Positions 26,416 to 35,330 of a stretch of 64,000 bases of DNA are shown here, one piece after another. This stretch comes from an uncultured Acidobacteriaceae bacterium. Its GTDB lineage: Bacteria; Acidobacteriota; Terriglobia; Terriglobales; Acidobacteriaceae. The notes beneath the pieces are model-generated. The model was given only the letters and a program-made list of their open reading frames with translations. It did no database searches and was not told the DNA's origin. The DNA lies in NCBI GenBank assembly GCA_964563875.1, contig CAZLZA010000016.1, positions 2,518-66,517 of the forward strand. The letters are read 5' to 3'. Each line of letters begins with the position of its first letter. The first letter of the stretch is position 1. Both the position numbers and the translations under genes were made by a program.

Positions 26416-27441
26416 ATGAAGGTTATCCCGGTATACGAAGCTGAAGGGGCGGTTTTGTGTCACGACATTACGGAAATTGTGCCCGGAAAATTCAAGGGCC
26501 GGGCCTTCAAAAAAGGGCATGTCGTACGCAAAGAAGACATTCTTAAGTTGCTGAATCTAGGGAAAGAACATGTATATGTGTGGGAGCTCACCGACACCCT
26601 GATGCATGAGGACGAGGCGGCCACAAGGCTCGCCAAAGCGGTCGCCGGCCCAGGGCTCTACTTGAGGGAACCGGCCGAGGGCAAGGTCGAACTCAAGGCG
26701 GCCATCAGCGGTCTTTTGAAGATTGATGTCGATGCCATGGAAGAGATCAACTGCATTGACCAGATCGTGCTGGCCTCCCTGCACTCCAATCAGCGAATCA
26801 CCGAGGGAACCACGGTCGCGGGCAGCCGGGTTGTGCCGCTGGTAATCGAGGCGAACAAGATACTCGGGGTGGAGGACTTCTGCCGGCAGCGTGCCCCGAT
26901 TATCGAAATCAAACCGTTCAAGAGCATGAAAGCAGGACTGGTTACGACCGGCAGCGAAGTCTATCACCACCGCATTAAGGATGAATTTGGGCCGGTAGTA
27001 CAGAAGAAAATTATTGAGATGGGCAGCCAGGTCATCCGGCAGATCTACGTGCCCGACGATATCGCAATGATTCGGCAGGCGATTCGGACGTTGATCCAGG
27101 AAGGCGCCGAGTTGATCCTCACCACCGGGGGCATGTCGGTGGATCCGGACGACGTGACCCCGGCAGCAATTCGAGGAGTTGGAGGGCGGGTGGTTGTGTA
27201 TGGAGCCCCGGTACTTCCTGGGTCCATGTTCATGCTCGCCTATCTTGGCGATGTCCCGATCTTAGGATTGCCGGGATGTGTGATGTATCACAAGACCACG
27301 ATCTTTGATTTGATCCTGCCGAGAATATTGGCCGGCGACGAAGTCACGCGCAAGGATATTGCCCGGTTAGGCCATGGCGGGCTTTGTCTGGAATGTAGCG
27401 CTTGTCAGTTTCCAAACTGTGCGTTTGGGAAGTGTAATTAA
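26416..27441 (+). CDS. MoeA-like molybdopterin-binding protein (MoCF-biosynthesis domain) with a C-terminal cysteine cluster
   Basis: 341 aa. The MoCF domain has LILTTGGMSVDPDDVTPAAI and LPGCVMY. The C-terminus is GGLCLECSACQFPNCAFGKCN (5 Cys in 17 aa). It is shorter than a canonical MoeA (about 400 aa). Confidence 0.8.
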   Translation: MKVIPVYEAEGAVLCHDITEIVPGKFKGRAFKKGHVVRKEDILKLLNLGKEHVYVWELTDTLMHEDEAATRLAKAVAGPGLYLREPAEGKVELKAAISGLLKIDVDAMEEINCIDQIVLASLHSNQRITEGTTVAGSRVVPLVIEANKILGVEDFCRQRAPIIEIKPFKSMKAGLVTTGSEVYHHRIKDEFGPVVQKKIIEMGSQVIRQIYVPDDIAMIRQAIRTLIQEGAELILTTGGMSVDPDDVTPAAIRGVGGRVVVYGAPVLPGSMFMLAYLGDVPILGLPGCVMYHKTTIFDLILPRILAGDEVTRKDIARLGHGGLCLECSACQFPNCAFGKCN

Positions 27442-27521
27442 CCGAATCACTACTAACTGCGACAGCCGAACGCTGTCAATTACGTCCCACTCTTTAATAC
27501 TCAAACAGAGGAGAGGCAGTC

Positions 27522-30275
27522 ATGAAGAGGATGTTATTCAATATCAATGGTGTCGACCGCTGGTTAGTGGCCGACCCCGAAACCACCTTAGCCGACGTGC
27601 TAAGGAATAACCTGATGCTCACCGGATGCAAGGTCTGCTGCAATGAAGGCCACTGCGGCACTTGCACCGTTATCGTCGACGCCAAGCAGGTCAAGGCTTG
27701 CATGGTCAAGATGAAGAAGATTCCGGAACGGGCTGCGATCACCACGATCGAAGGCATCGGCGCTCCCGGGCATCTCCATCCTCTCCAGGTTGCCTGGATG
27801 GTTCATGGCGGCGCGCAGTGCGGCATTTGTACTCCCGGCTTCATCATGTCCGCCGTAGCCATGCTCGATAAGAACAACAATCCGACGCGGGAAGAAGTTC
27901 GTACCTGGTTCGACAAGAACCGCAACCTCTGCCGCTGCACCGGCTACAAGCCCCTCGTCGATGCCGTGATGGATGCCGCCAAGATTATGCGCGGCGAAAT
28001 CAAGGCCGAAGACTTCCTGGCCAAATGCACCCCGGAAGATCCGAAGACCTTGGTCGGCAGCAACTTCATTCGTCCGTCCGCCATCGCGAAGGTCACCGGC
28101 ACCTGGGATTTCGGCGCCGATGTCGCCTTGCGTATGCCCGAAGGCACCCTGCGTCTGGCTCTGACCCAGGCCGAAGTGTCGCACGCCAACATCAAGAGCA
28201 TCGACACCTCGGAAGCCGAGAAGATGCCCGGCGTCGCCAAGGTCATCACCTGGAAGGATGTCAAAGGCAAGAACGCAATTACTGGTCTGATCACCTTCCC
28301 GACCAACAAGGGTGATGGCTGGGATCGCCCGATCCTTTGCCATGAGAAGGTCTTCCAGTACGGCGACGCGATCGCCATCGTAGCTGCGGACACCGAAGAA
28401 CATGCCAAGGCTGCCGCCAAGATGGTCAAGGTGGACCTGGAAGTTCTGCCGGCTTACATGAGCGGTTATGAAGCCCTGGCTCCCGATGCCATGGAAATCC
28501 ATCCCGGCGTGCCGAATGCTTATTATGAGCAGGGCGTCGTGAAGGGCGAAGACACTAAGCCGCTGATGGCGAAGGCAGCTCACACCGTCGAGTTGACAAC
28601 CTACTGCAGCCGTCAACCCCACCTTCACCTGGAGCCGGATTGCGGCGAAGCATACATGGAAGAAGATGGCACCCTGACCATCCTCTCCAAGAGCATCGGC
28701 CTGCATCTGCACCATGCCATGATCTGCCCCGGCATCGGTATTGCTCCTGAAAAGCTGCGCATCATCCAAAACCCCACCGGCGGCACCTTCGGCTACAAGT
28801 TCAGCCCGACGATGGAAGCTCTGTTGGCCGTGGCTTGCATGGCAACGGATGGCAAACCGGTTTCCCTGGTTTATGACCAGTATCAGAACATCACCTACAC
28901 CGGTAAGCGCTCACCGGCCGAAATTAAGGCCAAGTGGGGCTTCGACAAGGACGGCAACATCATCGCGCTGGAATATGACTGGTGGCTCGATCACGGTCCG
29001 TACTCCGAATTCGGTGACTTGGTAACGGTTCGTCAGGCCCAGTTCATGGGCGCTGGCTACAATGTCCCGAACATTCGCGCCAAGGGCTTCACGGTGGCCA
29101 CCAACCACGGTTGGGGTTCGGCATTCCGTGGATACGGCTCTCCGCAGGCATTCCTCAATGGCGAAATTGCCATGGATATGGCTGCCGAAAAGATGGGCAT
29201 CGATCCGCTCGAGTTGCGCTTGAGGAACTGCTACAAGGAGGGTAAGGACCACACCACTCCGACCGGGCAGGTTCCGGAAGTGTTCGTCATGGATAAGCTG
29301 CTCAAGATGATCCAGCCGAAGTGGGAAGAGGCGAAGAAGCGCAAGGCCGCCTACAATGTTCCGGGCAAGGCCTATGGTGTCGGCCTCTCGCTGGGCATCT
29401 ACGGCAGCGGTCTGGACGGTCCGGATGCCTCTGAAGCCGCGGCGGAATTGCTCCCCAACGGTGACGTGAGGATCTACAACGCCTGGCAGGATCACGGCCA
29501 GGGCTCGGATCTCGGCACACTGACCTTTGCTCACGAGGCGCTGCGCCCGATGGGCATCAAACCGGGCCAGATTCAATTGGACATGAACGATACGCGCAAC
29601 CCGAATTCCGGTCCTTCGGGCGGCAGCCGTTCCAACGTGTTCAGCGGCAACGCAATTTATGTATCGTGCCAAATGCTGGTCAACGCCATGAAGAAAGCTG
29701 ACGGAACCTATCGCACTTACGACGAAATGAAGGCGGAAAATATTCCCCTGCGTTACGACGGCAAGTGGTGCGCAGCGGCTCAGACAGCTTGCAGTGAATC
29801 TACCGCCCAGGGCGCCCCGTTCCCGATCTATATGTACGGGACCTTCGTAGTCGAAGTGGTGGTAGACCTGAAGACCTACCATACCAAGTGCGTCGGGATT
29901 ACCTCGGCGATGGACGTGGGCACGATCATCAACAAGGTGACCGTTGATGGTCAGAACTACGGCGGCATTACGCAGGCCATGGGCCTCGGGTTGACCGAGG
30001 ACTTCGATGACCTGAAGGTGCACGTCAATCTGAACAAGTGCGGTATCCCATACCCGAACGATGTTCCCGATCACTTCGAACTTATGTACCTGGAGACCCC
30101 GCGTCCATTGGGTCTTTTGGGACAGGCCGGTACCGGCGAAGTGTCGCTCACCGCTCTTCACCCGGCGTGTTGCAACGCCATTTACAGCGCTGTCGGCGCT
30201 CGTGTGTTCCGGGTTCCCGCGATTCCTGAAAGAATCAAGGCGGCTCTGGAACTAGCGAAAGGTGCCAAGGCCTAA
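27522..30275 (+). CDS. mop: Single-chain aldehyde oxidoreductase of the Desulfovibrio Mop type (2x[2Fe-2S] + molybdopterin-cytosine-dinucleotide domains, no FAD domain)
   Basis: 917 aa. N-terminal plant-type and second [2Fe-2S] motifs (CNEGHCGTCTV; GGAQCGICTPGF; CRCTGYKP). The Mo domains have long blocks I recognise from D. gigas MOP: ITGLITFPTNKGDGWDRPILC, GGTFGYKFSP, HGPYSEFGDL, GWGSAFRGYGSPQ, NSGPSGGSRS. RBS GAGGAGAGG lies upstream. Confidence 0.92.
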   Translation: MKRMLFNINGVDRWLVADPETTLADVLRNNLMLTGCKVCCNEGHCGTCTVIVDAKQVKACMVKMKKIPERAAITTIEGIGAPGHLHPLQVAWMVHGGAQCGICTPGFIMSAVAMLDKNNNPTREEVRTWFDKNRNLCRCTGYKPLVDAVMDAAKIMRGEIKAEDFLAKCTPEDPKTLVGSNFIRPSAIAKVTGTWDFGADVALRMPEGTLRLALTQAEVSHANIKSIDTSEAEKMPGVAKVITWKDVKGKNAITGLITFPTNKGDGWDRPILCHEKVFQYGDAIAIVAADTEEHAKAAAKMVKVDLEVLPAYMSGYEALAPDAMEIHPGVPNAYYEQGVVKGEDTKPLMAKAAHTVELTTYCSRQPHLHLEPDCGEAYMEEDGTLTILSKSIGLHLHHAMICPGIGIAPEKLRIIQNPTGGTFGYKFSPTMEALLAVACMATDGKPVSLVYDQYQNITYTGKRSPAEIKAKWGFDKDGNIIALEYDWWLDHGPYSEFGDLVTVRQAQFMGAGYNVPNIRAKGFTVATNHGWGSAFRGYGSPQAFLNGEIAMDMAAEKMGIDPLELRLRNCYKEGKDHTTPTGQVPEVFVMDKLLKMIQPKWEEAKKRKAAYNVPGKAYGVGLSLGIYGSGLDGPDASEAAAELLPNGDVRIYNAWQDHGQGSDLGTLTFAHEALRPMGIKPGQIQLDMNDTRNPNSGPSGGSRSNVFSGNAIYVSCQMLVNAMKKADGTYRTYDEMKAENIPLRYDGKWCAAAQTACSESTAQGAPFPIYMYGTFVVEVVVDLKTYHTKCVGITSAMDVGTIINKVTVDGQNYGGITQAMGLGLTEDFDDLKVHVNLNKCGIPYPNDVPDHFELMYLETPRPLGLLGQAGTGEVSLTALHPACCNAIYSAVGARVFRVPAIPERIKAALELAKGAKA

Positions 30276-30406
30276 GTTAGGCTGCTAGCGCCATGCCATA
30301 CCGGAGACCAGGGGCGACGATGATCACTTCGCTTGCTCCTGGTTTCCGGGTATTCTTCTGTTGTCTTTTCAAAATGACCCAAGTACCAGAGATGTGAGAG
30401 AGATCG

Positions 30407-32755
30407 ATGGACCGTCAACGAGTACGGGAGCGCGAAAACCAGTGTATTCAGGAGCAACCGCCAACCTGCACGGCGGCCTGCCCGATTCATGTCGACGCGC
30501 GGGGCATGATCGAGGGTATAGGCAAGCAGGATTTTTCGGCGGCATTCGCCATCTTCAACCGCTTTGTTCCATTTCCGCGCATCATCAGCCGGATCTGCGA
30601 CCACCCCTGTGAACCGGAGTGCTTGCGCCACGAACTTGGGGGCGCGATTCGCATCAACGCGCTGGAGCGGGCGTGCGTGGATTATTCCACCAAGAAGCCC
30701 GCGTGCGTCACCTACTCGGCCAAGAAGAGCACGCGAATTGCTGTGGTCGGCGGGGGATTGAGCGGGCTGACAGCCGCCTTCGACCTGATCACCAAGGGAT
30801 ACCAGGTGGTGCTGTTTGAGGCCACCGGCCAGCTCGCGGGACGGCTGCGCGAACTGGGCGAAGAGAGTCTGCCGCAGCAGTTGATTGACGAGGACCTTGC
30901 CGCCCTTCAGAGTTTGCCGGTCGAGGTGCGCCTCAATACCCGGGTCGGCGGCTATGCGCAAACCGGACCCAGCCTGAGCGCGGTGATCGAGGAGTTCGAC
31001 GCCGTGTACCTCGGCGTGGGACCAGACAGTGCTGCCTATCTTGAAAACGAGCTGACGCTTGAGGCGGGCGAGCGCATTGCGATCGAGCCCCTGACCTTTG
31101 CCACCAGCCATCCCAAGGTGTTTGCCGGCGGCAGCCAGCGCTACTCTCGCGATAAAGACAACGACGGAGCCAATGGATTCTCGCCGATTACATCGGTGCA
31201 TGACGGCCGTTATGCGGTGCTGTCGATTGAGCGTTTTCTGCAGAAGGCGTCGCTGTCGGCCAATCGCGATCAGCAGGGCCCATTTAAAACCAAGCTCTTC
31301 ACCACCACCAAGGGAATCGAACCCGCGGCCACCGTCCCCATGACCGACCCATCGCAAGGTTACAGCCGGGAAGAGGCGGTCGGGGAGGCCAAGCGCTGCC
31401 TGCACTGCGAATGTCTGGAGTGCGTGAAGGTCTGCGAATACCTGGCCCACTTCAAGTCGTATCCCAAGCGCTACATCCGTGAGCTCTACAATAACTACTG
31501 CATCGTCCTGGGCATGCACCCGTCCAACCGGCTGATGAACTCCTGCGCCCTGTGCGAACTCTGTACCACCGTGTGTCCGGAGAATCTCAGCATGGGCGGC
31601 TTCGTCCTGGAGACCCGGCAGGCCATGGTCGAGATCGGCAAGATGCCGCCCTCGGTGCACGCGTTTGCCTTGCGCGACCTGGCGTTCAGCACCAGCGAGC
31701 AGTTCACCTTGGCGCGCCATCAGCCCGGACACCAGAGCAGCCGTTACCTGTTTTTTCCCGGCTGCCAGTTAAGCGCTTCCTCGCCCGGACAGGTCTTTGA
31801 TATTTACCAACACCTGCAGCAAAGTATCGCCGGCGGCGTGGGACTAATGCTGGGCTGCTGCGGCGCTCCCGCCGACTGGGCCGGACGCAAGGATTTATTC
31901 GGTGAAACCCTCGCCGCTATTCAAAAGCAATGGGAGGAGCTGGGCTCACCGCAGGTGATTACCGCCTGTTCGAGCTGTTACCGGATGTTCAAGGATCATG
32001 CGCCATCCATGCCGGTCGAATCCTTGTGGACGGTGCTCGACCGGGTTGGTCTGCCAGCCTCGGCCGCCCCGGCCAGTTCCACTCTGGTGGCCATTCACGA
32101 TGCCTGCACCACCCGGCACGAGAACGAGATCCAGGACAGCGTTCGCCACCTGCTCGGCAAACTTGGCGTCGAGATCTCCGAACTGAAAGACAACCGCAGC
32201 CTCACCACCTGCTGCGGCTACGGTGGCCTGATGTCATTGGCCAATCCGGAGGTTGCCGGCAAGGTCGTCCAGCGCCGAATTCACGATAGCGAAGCCGACT
32301 ACCTGACGTATTGCGCGATGTGCCGCGACAATTTTGCGGCCAAGGGCAAACGTACGTTCCATCTGCTGGACCTGATCTGCGGCAGCAGCAACGGGGATGC
32401 GGCCCAGCGCAAAGGCCCCGGATACTCGCAGCGTCACGAAAACCGCGCCCGGTTGAAGAGCCGCGTGCGGCGTGAACTATGGGGAGAAAACGTGGTTGAC
32501 GAAGCTGATCCCATCCAACTCATCCTCTCGCCGGAAGTACTCCAGATCATGGAAAAGAGAATGGTTCTGGCCGAGGACATCCGTAAGGTGATCGCTCACG
32601 CCGAGGCGACGGGCGAAAAGATGGAAGACACCGCCACCGGCCGATTGCTGGCCTCCTACCGCCCGATTGCGGTTACCTACTGGGTAGAGTATTCCGTGCG
32701 GGAGACCGGATTCGAGATTCACAACGTGTACAGCCACCGTATGGAAGTCAGCTAG
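30407..32755 (+). CDS. Multidomain flavo-iron-sulfur oxidoreductase: GltD-like N-terminal FeS, NAD(P)/FAD Rossmann fold, 2x[4Fe-4S] ferredoxin and two CCG (HdrD/GlcF-like) domains
   Basis: CTAACPIHVD...CDHPCEPEC (GltD-N style). IAVVGGGLSGLTAAFDL (GxGxxG). CLHCECLECVKVC and CALCELCTTVCP. FFPGCQL...LGCCGAP and HDACTT...LTTCCGYGG (two CCG motifs). The last ~130 aa match nothing I recognise. Confidence 0.85.
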   Translation: MDRQRVRERENQCIQEQPPTCTAACPIHVDARGMIEGIGKQDFSAAFAIFNRFVPFPRIISRICDHPCEPECLRHELGGAIRINALERACVDYSTKKPACVTYSAKKSTRIAVVGGGLSGLTAAFDLITKGYQVVLFEATGQLAGRLRELGEESLPQQLIDEDLAALQSLPVEVRLNTRVGGYAQTGPSLSAVIEEFDAVYLGVGPDSAAYLENELTLEAGERIAIEPLTFATSHPKVFAGGSQRYSRDKDNDGANGFSPITSVHDGRYAVLSIERFLQKASLSANRDQQGPFKTKLFTTTKGIEPAATVPMTDPSQGYSREEAVGEAKRCLHCECLECVKVCEYLAHFKSYPKRYIRELYNNYCIVLGMHPSNRLMNSCALCELCTTVCPENLSMGGFVLETRQAMVEIGKMPPSVHAFALRDLAFSTSEQFTLARHQPGHQSSRYLFFPGCQLSASSPGQVFDIYQHLQQSIAGGVGLMLGCCGAPADWAGRKDLFGETLAAIQKQWEELGSPQVITACSSCYRMFKDHAPSMPVESLWTVLDRVGLPASAAPASSTLVAIHDACTTRHENEIQDSVRHLLGKLGVEISELKDNRSLTTCCGYGGLMSLANPEVAGKVVQRRIHDSEADYLTYCAMCRDNFAAKGKRTFHLLDLICGSSNGDAAQRKGPGYSQRHENRARLKSRVRRELWGENVVDEADPIQLILSPEVLQIMEKRMVLAEDIRKVIAHAEATGEKMEDTATGRLLASYRPIAVTYWVEYSVRETGFEIHNVYSHRMEVS

Positions 32756-32757
32756 CC

Positions 32758-32970
32758 ATGACCGATAAACAGAAAGCGTCGGATACTCCCAGCCTCGTTT
32801 GCCAAAAGTGCCAGCAGCCAATGACGATGGGCAAGGTGGTCGTTTCCTATCTTGGGGCCAAGTTTCCCATCGAACTCTTGCGCTGCCCAAGCTGCGGATT
32901 AATCTATGTCCCCGAGTCGCTTGCCACCGGCAAAATGGAGCAAGTGGAGCAATCGCTCGAAGACAAATGA
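32758..32970 (+). CDS. 70-aa zinc-ribbon/rubredoxin-like protein with two CxxC pairs
   Basis: CQKCQ ... CPSCG, 32 residues apart. It starts 2 nt after the upstream stop, and its stop overlaps the next ATG (ATGA). Confidence 0.7.
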   Translation: MTDKQKASDTPSLVCQKCQQPMTMGKVVVSYLGAKFPIELLRCPSCGLIYVPESLATGKMEQVEQSLEDK

Positions 32971-33728
32971 CCACCGCCGGTAACAGTGCGTGCCAGCCAT
33001 GTTACGAGAGCGGCTTGGTCGAAAAGGCTGGGGGCGGCGTGATGCGTCCCGGCGGCCTTGCCCTGACCGCAAGAGCCGTCGATTACTGCGCATTCGCACC
33101 CAGCGCAGATCTGGTCGATGTTGGATGCGGTACGGGTATTACGGTTGGGTTCCTGCGGGATACCTACGGCCTGAATGCAATCGGCATCGATCCTTCGACG
33201 GTAATTCTGGAGCGTGGGCGGCAGCGAAACCCCGATCTCCCGCTCCTCGAAGGTAGCGGAGAGCAACTGCCCTTGGCTGCCGGAACCATCGATGGCATAG
33301 TCGTGGAATGCGCGCTGTCCGTGATGGCCGACAAGCAGAAAGCATTGGCGGAGTTTAATCGCATCCTGGTTCCGGGGGGAAAGCTGATCGTGACCGACTT
33401 ATACGCTCGCGCCGCAACCGGAACCGGCGCGATGGGTCTGCGGCCAACCTCATGCCTTGCCGGAATGATGACCCGGGAGGATTGGTTCAGTGAACTGGAG
33501 GACAGCGGTTTTACCACTGAACTGTGGGAAGATCACACGCCGAAGCTGCCCGAGTTTGTGATCCGCATGATTATGGAGCATGGATCGCTCGAGCCATTCT
33601 GGCAGGGTGAGTGTGAGAGCGGTAATCCGCGAATGATCCAAGACGCGGTGAAGGAAGCTCGACCGGGATATTTTTTGCTGGTTGGCAAAAAAATAAGAGA
33701 GTTGGCAGAGGGAGATAAGCATGAGTGA
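32967..33728 (+). CDS. Class I SAM-dependent methyltransferase
   Basis: Motif I LVDVGCGTGIT, post-I IGIDPS, motif II/III GIVVECAL...LVPGGKLIV. N-terminal CQPC plus GGGVMRPGG. I chose the start at 32967 (ATGA overlap). The ORF is open from 32799 but would overlap the previous gene. Confidence 0.8.
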   Translation: MTTAGNSACQPCYESGLVEKAGGGVMRPGGLALTARAVDYCAFAPSADLVDVGCGTGITVGFLRDTYGLNAIGIDPSTVILERGRQRNPDLPLLEGSGEQLPLAAGTIDGIVVECALSVMADKQKALAEFNRILVPGGKLIVTDLYARAATGTGAMGLRPTSCLAGMMTREDWFSELEDSGFTTELWEDHTPKLPEFVIRMIMEHGSLEPFWQGECESGNPRMIQDAVKEARPGYFLLVGKKIRELAEGDKHE

Positions 33729-34176
33729 CGAGTCCTTGCGCATGATGGAGCTGTCGCTGGAAGGCTTTGGCTGCAGCCAGATCACGCTGATTCTAGGACT
33801 GGAAGCCCAGGGAAAAAGTAACCCGGATCTGGTGAGGGCCATATCCGGATTGCATGGTGGACTGGGTTTTTCTGGAAAAATTTGTGGGGCTCTGGCGGGT
33901 GGCTGCTGCCTGCTGGCACTCTATGCCGGCAGAGGTACGCCTGAAGAAACTGAGGACAGCCGCTTGCCGCGGATGATTCAATCTCTTGTTGAATGGTTCG
34001 AAGAGGAATATAAGAGCCGGTATGGAGGCATTGACTGCGCGGTGATTCTGCAGGGTGACGCCCGCAATCAGATTGCGCGGTGCCCCATGATCGTGGCGGA
34101 GACTTTCAACAAGGCGAAGGAAATTCTGGCGGCGAATAACATCGACTTCTACCGGGACCCGCATGTGAGTGCATGA
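33721..34176 (+). CDS. C-GCAxxG-C-C family protein
   Basis: 151 aa. GFGCSQ near the N-terminus, core ICGALAGGCCLL, later CAVIL and ARCPMIV: the Cys pattern that names the family. Overlaps the upstream gene by 8 nt. Confidence 0.75.
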   Translation: MSDESLRMMELSLEGFGCSQITLILGLEAQGKSNPDLVRAISGLHGGLGFSGKICGALAGGCCLLALYAGRGTPEETEDSRLPRMIQSLVEWFEEEYKSRYGGIDCAVILQGDARNQIARCPMIVAETFNKAKEILAANNIDFYRDPHVSA

Positions 34177-35330
34177 AGCAAAATATTACCGCAGTCGTTC
34201 TAGCCGGAGGATACTCATCCCGGATGCAGAGGTTTAAGCCGCTACTGCCCTTGAACGGCTCCCCTGTCATTGCGCATGTCGTAACCAATTTCCGCACGGC
34301 TGGGATCGAAGACATCACGATTGTTGCCGGCCATAACGCCGAAACCCTGAGGCAAGGGGTGGAGAGCCTGGGCGTACGAGTGGCATTCAATGCGCAGTAC
34401 GCCGAGGGAATGTATTCGTCGGTGGTGGCTGGAATTCGCTCGCTTGAGGCGGGAGTGGATGGCTGCCTGCTGATCCCCGCCGACATGCCGCTGGTGCGCA
34501 GCAGTACGGTGAGGCGCGTCTGCAGCGCCTTTCGCCGCACCGGCGCGAGCGTGGTGTATCCCGTCTTCCAGAAACGGCGCGGACATCCTACATTAATCTC
34601 ATCCCGCTTGTTCCCCGCGATCCTCTCCGGCGACGGAGTGGGAGGTCTGCGCGCACGGTTGGCCGAACATGACAGCGAATCGCACGAGGAGCGGGTTCCG
34701 GACGAAGGAATACTCATCGATCTCGACACCCACGCCGATTACGTGAAGGCGCAGGAGCGCGTCGGCCAGCTCGCGATTCCAACTCTGAATGAGTGTGCAG
34801 CCATTCTGGATGAGTTGGCGGTCTTCGAACACATTGTCTGCCACGGCCGAAGGGTGTCCGAGGTCGCCGAAAAGCTTACCGTCCAGTTGAACGATGCCGG
34901 CTTGCACCTCAACCTTGCCCTAGTGAAAGCCGCAGCGATTTTGCATGACGTCGCCAAGGGCAAACCGAATCACGCACGGGCAGGAGCGCAAATTCTGGAA
35001 GACATTGGGTTCCCCGAGGTGGCACGGGTAGTCGGCTTACACATGGATTGTGACTTCCAAAAGGGCGCGACGTTGGACGAGGCGGCAATCGTCTACTTGG
35101 CCGATAAATTCGTCCAAGGCGAGCGCATCGTATCGCTGGCCGTGCGTTTTCAACGGAAGTTCGCCGCCGCCAGGGGTAACGGAACCCTGCCATTCGTCCA
35201 AACACGATGGGAGACGGCCAAGCGCATGGTCGCGGCTGTCGAGCACATTCTCGGCACCGATGTACGGCGGATTATTTCGCCGGAAAGCGATGTTCCGGGC
35301 ACGATGGTGGGTAATGTTCCCACACCCTGA
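34173..35330 (+). CDS. MobA/MocA-like nucleotidyltransferase fused to an HD phosphohydrolase domain
   Basis: N-terminal AVVLAGGYSSRM...KPLLPL and ADMPLV (MobA/MocA signature). C-terminal half has AAILHDVAKG ... GLHMDCD (HD domain). 4-nt ATGA overlap with the upstream gene. Confidence 0.8.
   Translation: MKQNITAVVLAGGYSSRMQRFKPLLPLNGSPVIAHVVTNFRTAGIEDITIVAGHNAETLRQGVESLGVRVAFNAQYAEGMYSSVVAGIRSLEAGVDGCLLIPADMPLVRSSTVRRVCSAFRRTGASVVYPVFQKRRGHPTLISSRLFPAILSGDGVGGLRARLAEHDSESHEERVPDEGILIDLDTHADYVKAQERVGQLAIPTLNECAAILDELAVFEHIVCHGRRVSEVAEKLTVQLNDAGLHLNLALVKAAAILHDVAKGKPNHARAGAQILEDIGFPEVARVVGLHMDCDFQKGATLDEAAIVYLADKFVQGERIVSLAVRFQRKFAAARGNGTLPFVQTRWETAKRMVAAVEHILGTDVRRIISPESDVPGTMVGNVPTP

Noticed and set aside
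27600-31732. Three long minus-strand ORFs (389, 416 and 486 aa)
   Set aside because: Antisense to mop and the flavo-FeS oxidoreductase, whose own frames carry unmistakable cofactor-binding motifs.
32799-32966. Longer N-terminal extension of the methyltransferase ORF
   Set aside because: It would overlap the 2xCxxC gene almost entirely. The Met at 32967 forms an ATGA stop/start overlap, and the extension is Arg/Gly-rich with no motif.
35050-35313. Longer N-terminal extension of the radical SAM ORF
   Set aside because: It overlaps the HD-domain coding region of the upstream gene in another frame. Family-like sequence (Zn-ribbon) begins only after the Mets at 35290/35314.
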